This document shows positions 50,632 to 62,453 of a DNA stretch of 64,000 nt, one piece after another. This DNA comes from Octopus vulgaris (lineage: Eukaryota): assembly GCA_951406725.2 (NCBI GenBank), contig OX597816.1, forward strand, positions 108,004,001 to 108,068,000, given 5' to 3'. The notes under the pieces were generated by a model. It was not told where the DNA came from, did not search any database, and worked only from the letters and a program-made list of their open reading frames with translations. A program made the position numbers and the translations under genes. Within the stretch, counting starts at the first letter, position 1; the number at the start of each line of letters is the position of its first letter.

Positions 50632-52602
50632 AATATATATATATCTTATGATGGTCTACTGCGAAGACAATATATTTGCCCTTAATTCTACAATACAATA
50701 TTGGAAATAAAATTACATTTCTTATATAAGCTTAATTTTGATGAATAATTTATCAGATTATTCATTTATCGTCATAATATTGACCATGAATATGATCATC
50801 ATATTGCGTTCTGAAATATGCATTGAATATAGTATAAAACAATGTGATTTATCTTCTATCTTGTTATGAATGTGTATAATTTAGCTTTGATTCGTCATTA
50901 TCTATCTGGATATCATTTGATTCACTTTCAAATGAAATACAGCGCATAATTTCACTATGCGTATAAATATTGTTTTAAAAGACTTTGTGAGCTCCGAAAA
51001 TTTCTTAAAATGTCATTGGCAAATATTATAATTCGGTATATCACTTGGTCTTGCTATGGTTTTTCTCGCTATTTGGGAGAGAGAGAGAGAGAGAGAATAT
51101 GAGAGCCGGGTTCTTCATTGGCTAAATGAAGTTTAGATGACGATTCGAATAACAAATGAAAAGTATTGTGTTGGATATTTACTGCATGCGTTTCTATGCA
51201 CTGGGCTTAATCATGATTGTGGATTTTAACCACACAGCCATGACAAATTCGTTTCGCAACTACTTTGGGGTTCAGATTCGATGCGGGGTACCTTGGGCAA
51301 GTGTCATCTGCTATAGTACCGAGTGACCCAACGTACACACACACAGACTTGCTGAGCACCCCGTCGTTGCTGGGTACTTTTCACAGTAGAATTCTTTGGC
51401 AGACTTTCGGTATAGTACAACCACGTAAGTTGGATTTTCTCGATTTTGACAGGGATTTCTCCATTTCCATTTTCACCACTACCTTGCAAATGATAGGGGA
51501 AAGCTTTTTATGAAACATTTATGAATCCTCCCTGCCACCCTTCATGACCGATTTTGTCCAATTTTTTTATCTTGCACTACGCACATAAAACAATGGGAGA
51601 CACCTTTTCAGTAAAGAAAAAAGAAAACCTTTTTAAACTTATGAGTCTTGAAGGTTAAGAAACACACAAAAACAGAGAATAAAACGTAATTTAAAAGTAA
51701 TAATGAATTAAACAAAACTTTTCCATTAGCAAAATAAATCCTAAAGTTTGGGCTTTTTTACGAAATATTTTTTTAATCATAGTTTTAAAACATGGACAGT
51801 CTGGATCTGAAATTTGTTTCTGCTTATAATTTCAAAATAATTTTCAGACAAAAAGGTGTTTGATTTAAGGGAAATTTAGCTGTTGTTTCTAGCTCATCCC
51901 TTGTCCACCTGGTACCTTTATCGTTTCTTTGCTACTTTGACATATCTTGATATCTTTTAATATCTTTCTCCCCATAGACAACAATTTATGAAATGATGTG
52001 GTGAACCATTGGTGAGACATAAGCAGCCACAAAAATATTTGCTATCTAAATCTTTGTCTCCACCCAACATCCAGTGAGCGTGCGTTTATGTGTATGTGTG
52101 TGTGTTTGTGCTTGTATGTGTGTATGTGTGTGAGCGCGTGTGAGTGCGTGTGTGTGTAAGAAAAACTTTTACTAAGAGAAAATTATGCCATTAAAATAAA
52201 CTTTTAGATATATTTTTTTAAATCACTCTGTCTCCCGAATGAAATTCTCTACACACATATATACACACTCATGTTACACACAAACACACACATACACACA
52301 CCGAATCAGCGTGAACTATATGCCTTTATGAACAGTGAGAAAGTTTGACATGAGAAAATGAAAGAGATAACAAATTGAGAGAGATGGACCTTTTCCCTCG
52401 CTCTCACAGATTTTGAAATTTTAAAACTAAGTATAAATTTTCATGTTTGATGTATTGATGTATTTTATCACGATAAATTCGAGTTTGTGATTAATTTACT
52501 CCGGAAAAGGTTTTTAAAAATTTTACAAGTTTGATCGTCTTGTCTCAATCAGAAAACAGAATTTGGAAGTTAAGCACTTTGTACGTGATGTGTATCATTA
52601 AT

Positions 52603-52728
52603 AATGTTCGTCCTTCGGGTTCGAAGATGACCACTGACATATGACGTCATGATGTCGTGACATGCGCGTGACTTGGATTATAGTGAGGGTGAGTTGCGCA
52701 GGATCAGCCTCACTCTCTCGTCCTCAGA
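52603..52728 (-). mobile_element. RTE-type LINE/SINE terminal fragment
   Basis: tgttcgtccttcgggttcgaagatgacca...gacatgcgcgtgacttggattatagtgaggg...cagcctcactctctc resembles RTE-derived tails (recall, unverified). Confidence 0.5.
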
Positions 52729-52770
52729 AGAGGAGGTTTTAATCAAAACGAAAAAGGTTGGCGTATATAA

Positions 52771-52863
<93 letters not shown>

Positions 52864-54111
52864 CAGAGAATAAGGTAAATATATACAGATTGATAGATAG
52901 ATTAATGGTAATAGATAGAGTTGGAGGGTTGTCGATCTAAAAGTTAAGTTATTTCTCGTAGCAAATTATGTTCCTTTTTATTGTTATTTACGGACGACGT
53001 TGTCTTTGAGAAGCAGATTTAGAAAATGAAATTCATTTTCCTCGAGGATGCAGAGTTTCAGAGCCTTTGGGGGGCTATATACACATATACAACCACTTAC
53101 AAACGCTGGGATGGGTGCATTGTTGTGCAATGTGACTATTTCGAAGGAGCTGATGTTAAAACTTAGGTAAATAAGTTATATCTTTATTAAACATAACTAA
53201 CCCAGGAACCTCTTGATACCACTTGCCAGACCGTGTGTTGAAACTACAAAATTAATATAATGTGGAAGTCACATGTTATAGAATGACAATCACAAGAAGA
53301 TTGTGACTTGTCAATGACACTGCATTTGAAATAGATGCTTCTACTGCATATGCAGTGTCAGTGGTTGGGCTGCAGTTTCGAATGACGAAAAGTTTGTTAT
53401 CGTATTACAAACAATAAATGTTTATATGAAGCGTACAGCCTTTGAGTGTTTGTGAATGGCTAACAGATGTCTTCCACGCTGCACTCGTGATATACATGCA
53501 TACATACATACATACATACATACATGAATAAATACATACATACATATATTCATACATACATATATATATGTATGTTCCTGTCCATGACAAAATCGCAGAT
53601 TACATCATACATGTGCGCATTTATATACATATAGATGTATATATGTATATATGTGTGCCTTTGTATTTGTGCTTGTTCCCAAATCGTGTAGTGTTTATTC
53701 CCTCGTAATCTTATGGTTTGGCAAAGGACGCCGGTAGAATGTACCAGACTTTAAAAGTGTACGATATGTTCGAATAACCAAAGACGATAATGCTCCAGTG
53801 TAGCAGCAACCCAAAGACTGAAACAAAATAAAGATTAAATATATATTGTAATTTCTATGCTCGGTCGTGGCCAGCACATAATGCTAAATCTTATCAAATT
53901 TAAAACTACAGTTGTTAAACTTTTCAATGTAGAACTTTATATATATATGAGTGTATCTTGCTCTTCTCTTCATATACAGAACAATAAAGGAAGATTGCTT
54001 TAAAATACTTCACGGCTTGTTAATCACACATTGGAATTTAAAATAGGAGACTCTTGTCCTCTGATAAACGCTCAGCATACTATGAGACATATCAAAACAA
54101 TATTCATTATA

Positions 54112-54177
<66 letters not shown>

Positions 54178-54794
54178 CGTGTGTGTGTGTGTGCGCGCAG
54201 GAAGAGAACAACAAGATGTATTGTCATCTGTTTAAAATATCCACAGCTAAAGGCTTATATATTGTATTTGAACTACTTTAAATTTATCTTCCATTTTCTA
54301 CCATGCTGAGATGTGTATAAATATTTGATAATTATATAATCATACCGCTGGCAAACACACGGTATGCAAATTGTTCAAGTTTATGTTCAATATTAATATT
54401 TCTATTTCCTATATATTCTCTTCGTCGATGAGAGGCCACTTGTTCTCTGATAAGTGGTCAGCGAAGTATCAAACATGACAGGACAATCTCCTTCATTTTT
54501 TTCTTTGTGCGAAGAGAATAACAAGTTGTATCCCCATCTGTTTAAACAAATTATACAGTATACTCACAAAATTGGAGAACACATCGAATAAGGCAGTTGT
54601 AAGCTGGAACGACCTGGTGTTAAACAGCCCTAACTACAGAGCAAGAAATCAACCAACGAGATTGTTTCTTTTCTCTTTGTTATTTATACATTTCAATATA
54701 GCACTTGTAATATCAAATACCGTTTATAGGTGAGGAAATGGCATAATTAGATCGTCGGACGAAATGTCTCAAAATATTTATTCCAGCACTCAGG

Positions 54795-55028
54795 TGGAAT
54801 AGTTAGCACGCAGAATAGTTAGCTGGCTGGATAGTTAGCATGCCAGGCAAAATACCTAGCGGCATTTCGTCTATCTTTACGTTCTGGATTCAAATGCCAT
54901 CAACGTCAACTTAGCCTTTCATTATTTCGTGGTCGATATAATAAGTATCTGTTAATCACTGGGGTCGATGTAATCGAATTACACTCTTCACCAAAATTGC
55001 TGGTCTTGTACTAAAATTTGAAACCAAT
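54795..55028 (+). mobile_element. SINE family 2, single module with tail B
   Basis: ctagcggcatttcgtc...gcctttcattatttcgtggtcgata...ccaaaattgctggtcttgt. Confidence 0.8.
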
Positions 55029-55413
55029 ATTTATTCCTATCTCCACCCCATTATATTCTGATTCTAAATCTCATTGAAGTCAGCTTTTCCTTTCGTTCTT
55101 CCAGCGTCAATAGATAAAACACTAGTATTTTGCAGGAGATTGGCAGAAACATTAAAAGACCAAGGGAGATAATTTTAAAATTTTGTTCTAATTCTTTCCG
55201 TTCTAAATTCAAATCCCACTACGGCTTACTTGGTGGGTAGACATAACCCGTGGCACAATTTAATACTATTACCTAGCAATTGGGTACCTTTTACGTATCT
55301 CACTGCGCTGCAAACATTTGAGCCTGGCTTTCAGAAAATATTCTAGCGTCAGGTATTGTAAACCGTTTCTTTAAATCATAAATGTATATATGTATAAATG
55401 TATATATGTATAA

Positions 55414-57528
55414 ATGTATATATGTATATATGTATATATAAATCATAAATGTATATATGTATATATAAGAAATCTACTAACACAAACAGAAACCGGCTCC
55501 CTAAAAAGAAAAAAAACACTCATCAGGCGCATCAAAAGACTCAACAAAAAAATCAACCAATTAAAATATTCCCACACGCAACATCCACATTCAACAACAA
55601 TGAAAAGACTAGAGCTGGAAAAACTTCATCTGCAGACTAACATGAAAACCTCCATTGAAAATCAAAGAGCTGTGGAGGAACAATGGGTAATCAAAAACAT
55701 CAAACAGAACCCAAAAGTGTTCTATTCTTATGCAAATAAGCATAGAACCACTGTCTCACCTATTGGGCCATTGATTGATGAAAACGGCATTCCCCAACAC
55801 GATGCTAAAGAAATGGCAGAAATACTGCAGAAACAATATTGCTCTGTCTTCAGTGTTCCCACTGATATTGATGTGAGGGAAACGAACGAAGCTGACTCCC
55901 AACACAAAATCGCAGACATAACCTTCACTGCCACCGACATCGTAGCAGCAATAAATGAGGTCAAACATTACTCTGCTGTAGGCCCTGATAGATTTCCCGC
56001 CAGTCTCCTGAAGGAATGTAGATATCAACTTGCAGTCCCTCTGACCAACCTCTGGAGAAACTCGTTAGACGCAGGTTATATACCGAAAAAGTTTCTATCC
56101 CAGTCGGTCATCCCGGTTTTCAAACAGGGAAACAGATCCCTCGCAGTCAACTATCGCCCAATCTCACTCACCTCCCACATCATTAAAGTGTTTGAAAGAG
56201 TGTTAAGATCAAGGATAGCTGACTTCCTGGAGACCCACAAACTCCTAAATTCAAATCAGCATGGCTTTCGCTGTGGCAGGGACTGTCTAACACAGCTCTT
56301 ACACCACATTGAAGATGTACTCAAAGCCTTGGGAACAGGTTCGAACTCTGACGTCATATACCTTGACTTCAGTAAAGCGTTCGACAGGGTAGACCATAAC
56401 ATCCTACTCTCAAAATTGGCAAATGTTGGAATCCGTGGAAAAGTTCTACACTGGATTCAGTATTTCCTAGCGAATAGAACACAACATGTAGTTGATGGAG
56501 TCCACTCAAACCCAGCAAAAGTCACCAGCGGTGTTCCCCAGGGAACTGTTTTGGGTCCGCTACTCTTCATAATTTATGTAAACGACCTTTCCAGTGTCGT
56601 ACATCACTGCAAAGTGAAAATATTCGCTGATGACACTAAGCTCCAGCAAATCGTCAATGAAGAAGCAGACCGAACTCAACTCCAGTCTGACCTATATGCT
56701 GTGAGTCAATGGGCAGACAGAAACAAAATGCAACTGAATGAGGGAAAATTTGAGCTGATGCATTTTGGAAGAAATTCCTCACTAAAACAACCATACTCTC
56801 TTCCTTCAGGGGAACCGCTCACAGCCTCTAACAATATCAGAGACCTGGGTGTAATTGTTGATGACGATCTCAGTTGGAGTGCACACATCAACAAGAAGGT
56901 CGATATAGCTCGTAGGATGAGTTCCTGGATCTTAAGAACTTTCCGGTCCAGAGAACAAGGTGTCATCATACCACTTTTTTCATCCTTTGTACGGCCGCAC
57001 CTTGAATACTGCTGCCCACTGTGGTCTCCTCACACAAGACAAAACATCTCCAGAATTGAGTCACCCCAGAGGGCTCTCACTAAACAAATTGAAGGCATGG
57101 CTGCTCTCGATTATTGGGATCGCCTTAAAGCCTTGAAACTTTACTCCCTCCAGCGTCGCCGTGAGCGGTACATCATTTGTACGATGTGGAAAATATACCG
57201 CCAACTTTGCCCAAACGACCTAAACATTAGCTTCAAGGTTCATCCGAGACTTGGACCACGGGCTATACGTCCCCTGCCAAATTCAAGATCACAACATACA
57301 TGTACACTGCAACATAATTTCTTTTCCTCAACAGGCCCTGCCCTATTTAACATTGTCCCGAGGGAGATCAAAGAGGAAAAGGATCCCATCAACTTCAAAC
57401 AGAGTCTGGATAGATTCCTTCAAAGAATACCAGATAAGCCACCCATAATTGGATACAACTCACCCAACAAGAACTCACTACTTGAACAAAACTGGATACA
57501 ACTCACCCAACAAGAACTCACTACTTGA
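55414..57528 (+). CDS. CR1/L2-group LINE ORF2, 5'-truncated but open: reverse transcriptase plus C-terminal domain, no APE
   Basis: NPKVFYSY, GPD, PVFKQG, NYRPISLTS, QHGF, YLDFSKAFDRVDH, SGVPQGTVLGPLLF, FADD, DLGV, VRPHLEYC. The first ~18 codons are flanking microsatellite; first element ATG at 55600. Confidence 0.93.
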   Translation: MYICIYVYINHKCIYVYIRNLLTQTETGSLKRKKTLIRRIKRLNKKINQLKYSHTQHPHSTTMKRLELEKLHLQTNMKTSIENQRAVEEQWVIKNIKQNPKVFYSYANKHRTTVSPIGPLIDENGIPQHDAKEMAEILQKQYCSVFSVPTDIDVRETNEADSQHKIADITFTATDIVAAINEVKHYSAVGPDRFPASLLKECRYQLAVPLTNLWRNSLDAGYIPKKFLSQSVIPVFKQGNRSLAVNYRPISLTSHIIKVFERVLRSRIADFLETHKLLNSNQHGFRCGRDCLTQLLHHIEDVLKALGTGSNSDVIYLDFSKAFDRVDHNILLSKLANVGIRGKVLHWIQYFLANRTQHVVDGVHSNPAKVTSGVPQGTVLGPLLFIIYVNDLSSVVHHCKVKIFADDTKLQQIVNEEADRTQLQSDLYAVSQWADRNKMQLNEGKFELMHFGRNSSLKQPYSLPSGEPLTASNNIRDLGVIVDDDLSWSAHINKKVDIARRMSSWILRTFRSREQGVIIPLFSSFVRPHLEYCCPLWSPHTRQNISRIESPQRALTKQIEGMAALDYWDRLKALKLYSLQRRRERYIICTMWKIYRQLCPNDLNISFKVHPRLGPRAIRPLPNSRSQHTCTLQHNFFSSTGPALFNIVPREIKEEKDPINFKQSLDRFLQRIPDKPPIIGYNSPNKNSLLEQNWIQLTQQELTT

Positions 57529-57636
57529 ACAAAACTTGACTTAAACAGGATTCGAATAATCCTATCAGGTGGTGCTATTAAGTTAGACATGGCCTGGACC
57601 AATCTCTGGTCGAAACATATCTAAGTTTTTATCTAA

Positions 57637-57640
<4 letters not shown>
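55466..57640 (+). mobile_element. Young CR1/L2-group LINE insertion in (TA)n
   Basis: Uninterrupted frame, short 3'UTR with gacca-atctc-tggtc stem-loop (57597-57611) and tandem atctaagtttt tail. Confidence 0.92.
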
Positions 57641-57677
<37 letters not shown>

Positions 57678-58252
57678 GCCTGATAAACTCATGTTTATCT
57701 TTGTCATTACCTGTAATCTACGAGCATAGTATGCTTGTATGCTTGTGTATGTATGTGCAGGGATAACATAGGTAATTATACCAGTAGTATTTATCTCTCA
57801 GATGGTTATTCCAACCTCTAACTCTATTAAGTTATATATGCATACATATGGACATCTGTGTGTGTGTGCGTATGTGTGTGTTAGGTATCTCTCCACCCTG
57901 AAGACGGAGGCCGGGTTTACTTGATGTTCTTATACATCCACTACTGATTGCATATTCTTGACATTTTGCAAGTTGTATCTGCCAATATTATTATGTAATT
58001 ACGAGCCCCGCCCCGCCAAAAAACCGCAGTCTGCAGTTTTCTGTGTTTTTGTACTCTATGTAATTCTACTCTGTTAATATATAAATATCTACGTATTGAC
58101 ACATGAATGTTCATCGTCTAAATATCTTAAGTCTTTCTATTTATATGTATATATGTATGTATATATTATATACCTAGCTTCTCTCTCTCCCCTCACCTTC
58201 TTTTTGTCTCTCTCTGTCAATCTGTCTTTATCTCTCTCTCTCTTTATATATA

Positions 58253-58308
<56 letters not shown>

Positions 58309-58403
58309 TGTGTGTGCGTGCGAGTGTATGTGTATACAACATATGTAATTTTTGTATCTTGGGTCTTGGGAAGGTCATTATACCAATAATAAATACAGTT
58401 GCT

Positions 58404-58836
58404 AAGACGGCAAGCTGCCAGAAACGTTAGCACACCGGGCGAAATTCGTAGCCGTATTTCGTCTGCCGTTAGTTTCTGAGTACAAATTCCGTCGGGGTCG
58501 ACTTTGCCCTTCATCCTTTCGGGGACGATAAATTAAGTGCCAGTTACGCACTGGGGTCGATGTAATCGACTTAATCCGTTTGTCTGTCCTTGTTTGTTCT
58601 CTCTGTGTTTAGCCCTTTGTGGGTAGTAAAGAAATAAGTAACGTTAGCACACCGGGCGAAATGCTTAACGGTATTTCGTCTGTCTTTACCTTCTGAGTTC
58701 AATTCCGCCGAAGTCGACTTTGCCTTTCATCCTTTCGGGGTCGATAAATTAAGTACCAGTTGCGTACTGAAGTCGATCTAATCTACTGGCACCCTGCTCT
58801 AAAATATCAGGCCTTGTGCCTAGAGTAGAAAATAAT
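58404..58836 (+). mobile_element. Composite SINE family 2 (head+core+tailA, then core+tailB)
   Basis: Tail A ...gtgggtagtaaagaaataagt joined to aacgttagcacaccgggcg of the host copy. Confidence 0.9.
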
Positions 58837-58893
58837 TAAAATAGGTGCTTCCTCTGTATTTCTTTCATTATTATTATTATTATTATTATTATT

Positions 58894-59077
58894 AAGGCGG
58901 CGAGCTGGGAGAATCGTTAACACGCCGGTTATCAGTATTTTGCCCGTGGTTACGTTCTGGATTCAAATTCCTCCGAGATCGACTTTGCCTTTCATCCTTT
59001 CGGTGTTGATAAATTAAGTACCAGTGAAATATTGGGGGTCGATATATTCGACTAGTGCCTATAGTTGAAAGGATTAT
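58894..59077 (+). mobile_element. SINE family 2, single module
   Basis: aaggcggcgagctgg head after (ATT)n; core; ggattat tail. Confidence 0.85.
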
Positions 59078-59637
59078 CGTTAGTCAATTGGTTTACTATT
59101 GAAGCAATTAAATAATTGGTAGTTTATTTTCCCGCCATGTTGCAGCGCATGGAAAATTCTTCAAACAGACAGCTATAGCGATATCCATCATCTTCTTTTG
59201 CAGTGGGCACGCAGAATCGCTTCAAAGTCGGAAAAAAATCCTTGGCATTTTGATAAGTCCAAACCTAACGGAAATATAATTTACCTCCTGTCCTTCATTG
59301 TTTGATGAAGTAAATTATAATCTAAAGACGGGTCGATTTGATCGAGATGAACCTCTCTCCACGATTCGAACCGATATATCTATATCAGAAACTAGTAGCA
59401 TAAAAGAAAGTATCTGAAATGTTTACGTATTTAATTTAGCCTATATAGTTTTTAGTTAAAAATCAACTCAGGTGAACTTTTCTATTTATGTGTTCGGAAT
59501 CGATGAAACAAAATACCAGATAAGTACGGGAATCATTTTAATAGTCGAATAAAGCATCCCAGATGTGAATTAAATATTAAACGATCTAAGAAGATATTTT
59601 GAAGATGTTTGTTGATCAATAGTGTGGTCTTAAAAAT

Positions 59638-59747
59638 AAATAATAATAATAACGATGATGATGAAGATGATGATAATGATCATAATAATAATAGCAGTAA
59701 CAACAACTACAACATCCATAATAATAATAATAATAATAATAATGATG

Positions 59748-59793
<46 letters not shown>

Positions 59794-59820
59794 TAATAGT
59801 AATAATAATAATAGCAATAG
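59638..59820. repeat. (AAT)n/(GAT)n microsatellite
   Basis: Direct reading. Confidence 0.95.
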
Positions 59821-60187
59821 AAGATCGCGTGGATTGTATATTGATTATAAAGTGTTTGCAATATTTAAAATCTAGCTACGGCAATAGATAGTCTGAAAAA
59901 GAAAATATTTAACATCTAGATGTTTAATCGTCATATTTTTCTCGTTTCAGATACCGGAAATAAGTGGATATTATTATCATTCTTAATGCCGTTAATAACA
60001 TTTGAAATATAAAATTTCTTCTAACAACATTGATATAACTTCGCAATTTGGTAAGTAAACACATTTATCTAAAATTTTATATTATCATTCTTACAGCTCT
60101 CTATCTCTCACACTCACTTACTATCTATCTATCAATGTATCTATCTATCTTTCCTTCTATCGTTTTTTTTCTAATGCTATCTTTGTG

Positions 60188-60345
60188 TGCCCGTGTGGTA
60201 AGAAGCTTGCTTCCTAACCACCTGAACCCGCGTTCTGTCTCGCTGCGTGACAGCTTAACTAAGTACCTTCTTCTAAACTTTCGGCCTGACCAAAGTTTTT
60301 TGAGTGGATTTGGTTCACAGAACCAGAAAGAAACCTGCCGTGTAT
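60188..60345 (+). mobile_element. SINE family 1, degenerate 5' half
   Basis: gtgtggtaagaagcttgcttcctaacca...gagtggatttggt...aaagaaacc. Confidence 0.75.
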
Positions 60346-60618
60346 ATGTATGTGTGTGTGTGTGTGCATGTACGTATGTAGGTATATATATATATATATA
60401 TATATATAAAGTGATGGCATGTTGTCAACTTAATGTGACAGTCCCATGAAAGGGAAGAATGCTACTGCTATTGGTAGTTTCTAGCTGGCCATGACACATT
60501 TTCTTTGTCCTTATTTTTTCAAAGGAAAGATAAGCCTCTCCACCCAGAAAGCCAGCATCAGAGGCTAGTTTCAGTGTCGTTGCTTATCATCAGTCTCGAG
60601 TAGTATGGCTTGCTAGCT

Positions 60619-62441
60619 GATTTCTTTTATTAAGCACAAAGGCTCTTATAAAGATGGGATGATACAAAGACAGATAAAACAATACAGTAGGGTGTACAAA
60701 ACACAAAAATGATTAGATAAAATGTCTTACCTGCCACCCATAAGCAGGCAGTTTCATTTTACAGTTTATGTATATCATTTAACTTTCAGTTCAATATTCT
60801 GTTTTGTATCGTTTTTTTTTTTCTTTTTTTAAAGTCACTAGTAATATAATTAATTTTTTTTTTACTTACTTTCTTTTATGATAACAACTGCATTATATCC
60901 TCAAATGCCACCACTGGTGGCAACTCATCGAATCGAAGCTGCAGCGGCGATACCTCTATCTTCTCTCCGAACAGCTGCTTCAACCTCTCACCCCTCTCCT
61001 TCTCAAGCAAGACCGCCTTGAATCCTCCGTTGCACTCCTCAGGGTCCAATTTCCCCCTAATAACATGCTTTATTTTAGTGATCTTTTTTCGAAATCCACA
61101 TTTATTTTTCTATACTGTATCAATGTTTGTACGTGTTTCCCCTGGGGCTCTTCTTTCTGTTTACCATCACCAAACTCTTCTGTTATTGCTGGTATCTCCA
61201 ATCCTTCCGTCTCTGCATGTCTCTCACTCGATGCTACTGACATTTCTCCTCTATCGTCCTTTTTCTCTGCCCTTTTACTTTCACCTCCTTACTAGTTGCT
61301 GGTTTCTCTGCTTTGTTTTCTCTCTGTGTCTTTCTCAATTGATTTTGTCGGTATCTCATTTCTTTTCTGCTTGTTCGCTTTTCCCTTCTTTGATAAACCT
61401 TGTCTCTCCTCTACACTTCCCTTTCTTTTCATCATGGGACTCTTTAATGGGGAGTTTGTTTCCTTCTCTCTTCTTTCTCTTCACCACTGTGTACCTTTCT
61501 TCCATATTTTCCTCTACGCCTTGAACCTCTTCCTCTCCTCGCCGTTCCTTCTTCATCACCTCCTCTTCGTGTTTCTGGGGACACTTAGCTTTCCTGTGTC
61601 CCCGCACTCCACACTGAAAGCATATGGGAGGTCTTCCCTCCACTATCACTCTTCGCTTCGTTTGGTAACACTACCTCCCCTGCAATTGTGTGAAGGTCTG
61701 GTAAACTGATTTGGACCGCAACCTCAAGGCCGTATCCCGAAAAGTTTACCTTTGTTGTTATTTTGAGAATTTTTGTCTCCTCTTCTGTGTTGTAGAGGAT
61801 GGCTGCTGCTAGCCACGCCACTTCAATCTCCGGTGGGGGGGGGCACTCTGCCAATCCTAACCCTGACCTCAACGGCACAGTGGAGTGCTTTACTGCTTCT
61901 TGTTCGCTCGCGAAGCGAACCTCCACTGTGCCATATTTCTTGCCTCTAGTATAAAACGTTGTGAGGCTTTTAATTTCTTTTAAATAATCCTCCACTGCCT
62001 CCGCTATCACTATTTCAATCCTGTTGGTAGTTATAAATAACGTTCTATAGATCACTGTCCTTTTCTTTGTCTTCCCAATTACTTCCCTGGGCGGGGTCAG
62101 CCTCAGGCTGTCTCCTTCCTTCACTGTCAGTTCGTTGAATTTCTTTAAATTCGTCTTATCAAGTTGTATCTCTCTTACTTGTAAAATATCCGCAGTCAGA
62201 CTTTTTCCAGTTACTGCTGGAACTGGTCGACTCTATAACTTCGTTAGCAACAACTTCACCCATAAGTGAGGAAGAAAACAAAAAAATAACAGGTAACTAA
62301 AAATAAATCAGCAATTCGATAATTCAACAATTAGGTACGACAGACATTCAGCAATGATGCAACAAGCGACTTACATGAAGCGACTAACAGCAAATTACAA
62401 CAGGGAATCAAACGAGTCGACATCAAAGTGACTAACTGCGA
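60619..62441 (-). mobile_element. ORF1-only (HAL1-like) L1/Tx1-type retroelement with CCHC zinc knuckle; 12-bp TSD
   Basis: FYTRGKKYGTVEVRFASEQEA (RRM-like), VEGRPPICFQCGVRGHRKAKCP, K/E-rich tail, aataaaagaaa 3' end, no RT; ggcttgctagct at 60607-60618 and 62442-62453; frameshifted. Confidence 0.82.
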
Positions 62442-62453
62442 GGCTTGCTAGCT

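Noticed and set aside
51480-51660. piggyBac-like end ttgaaggTTAA
   Set aside because: No matching second terminus found.
60560-60598. Hammerhead-like gaga-CTGATGA...GAAA-ctag-cc-tct (minus strand)
   Set aside because: Stem II does not pair and the cleavage-site U is missing; not called as a ribozyme, only noted as possibly decayed.
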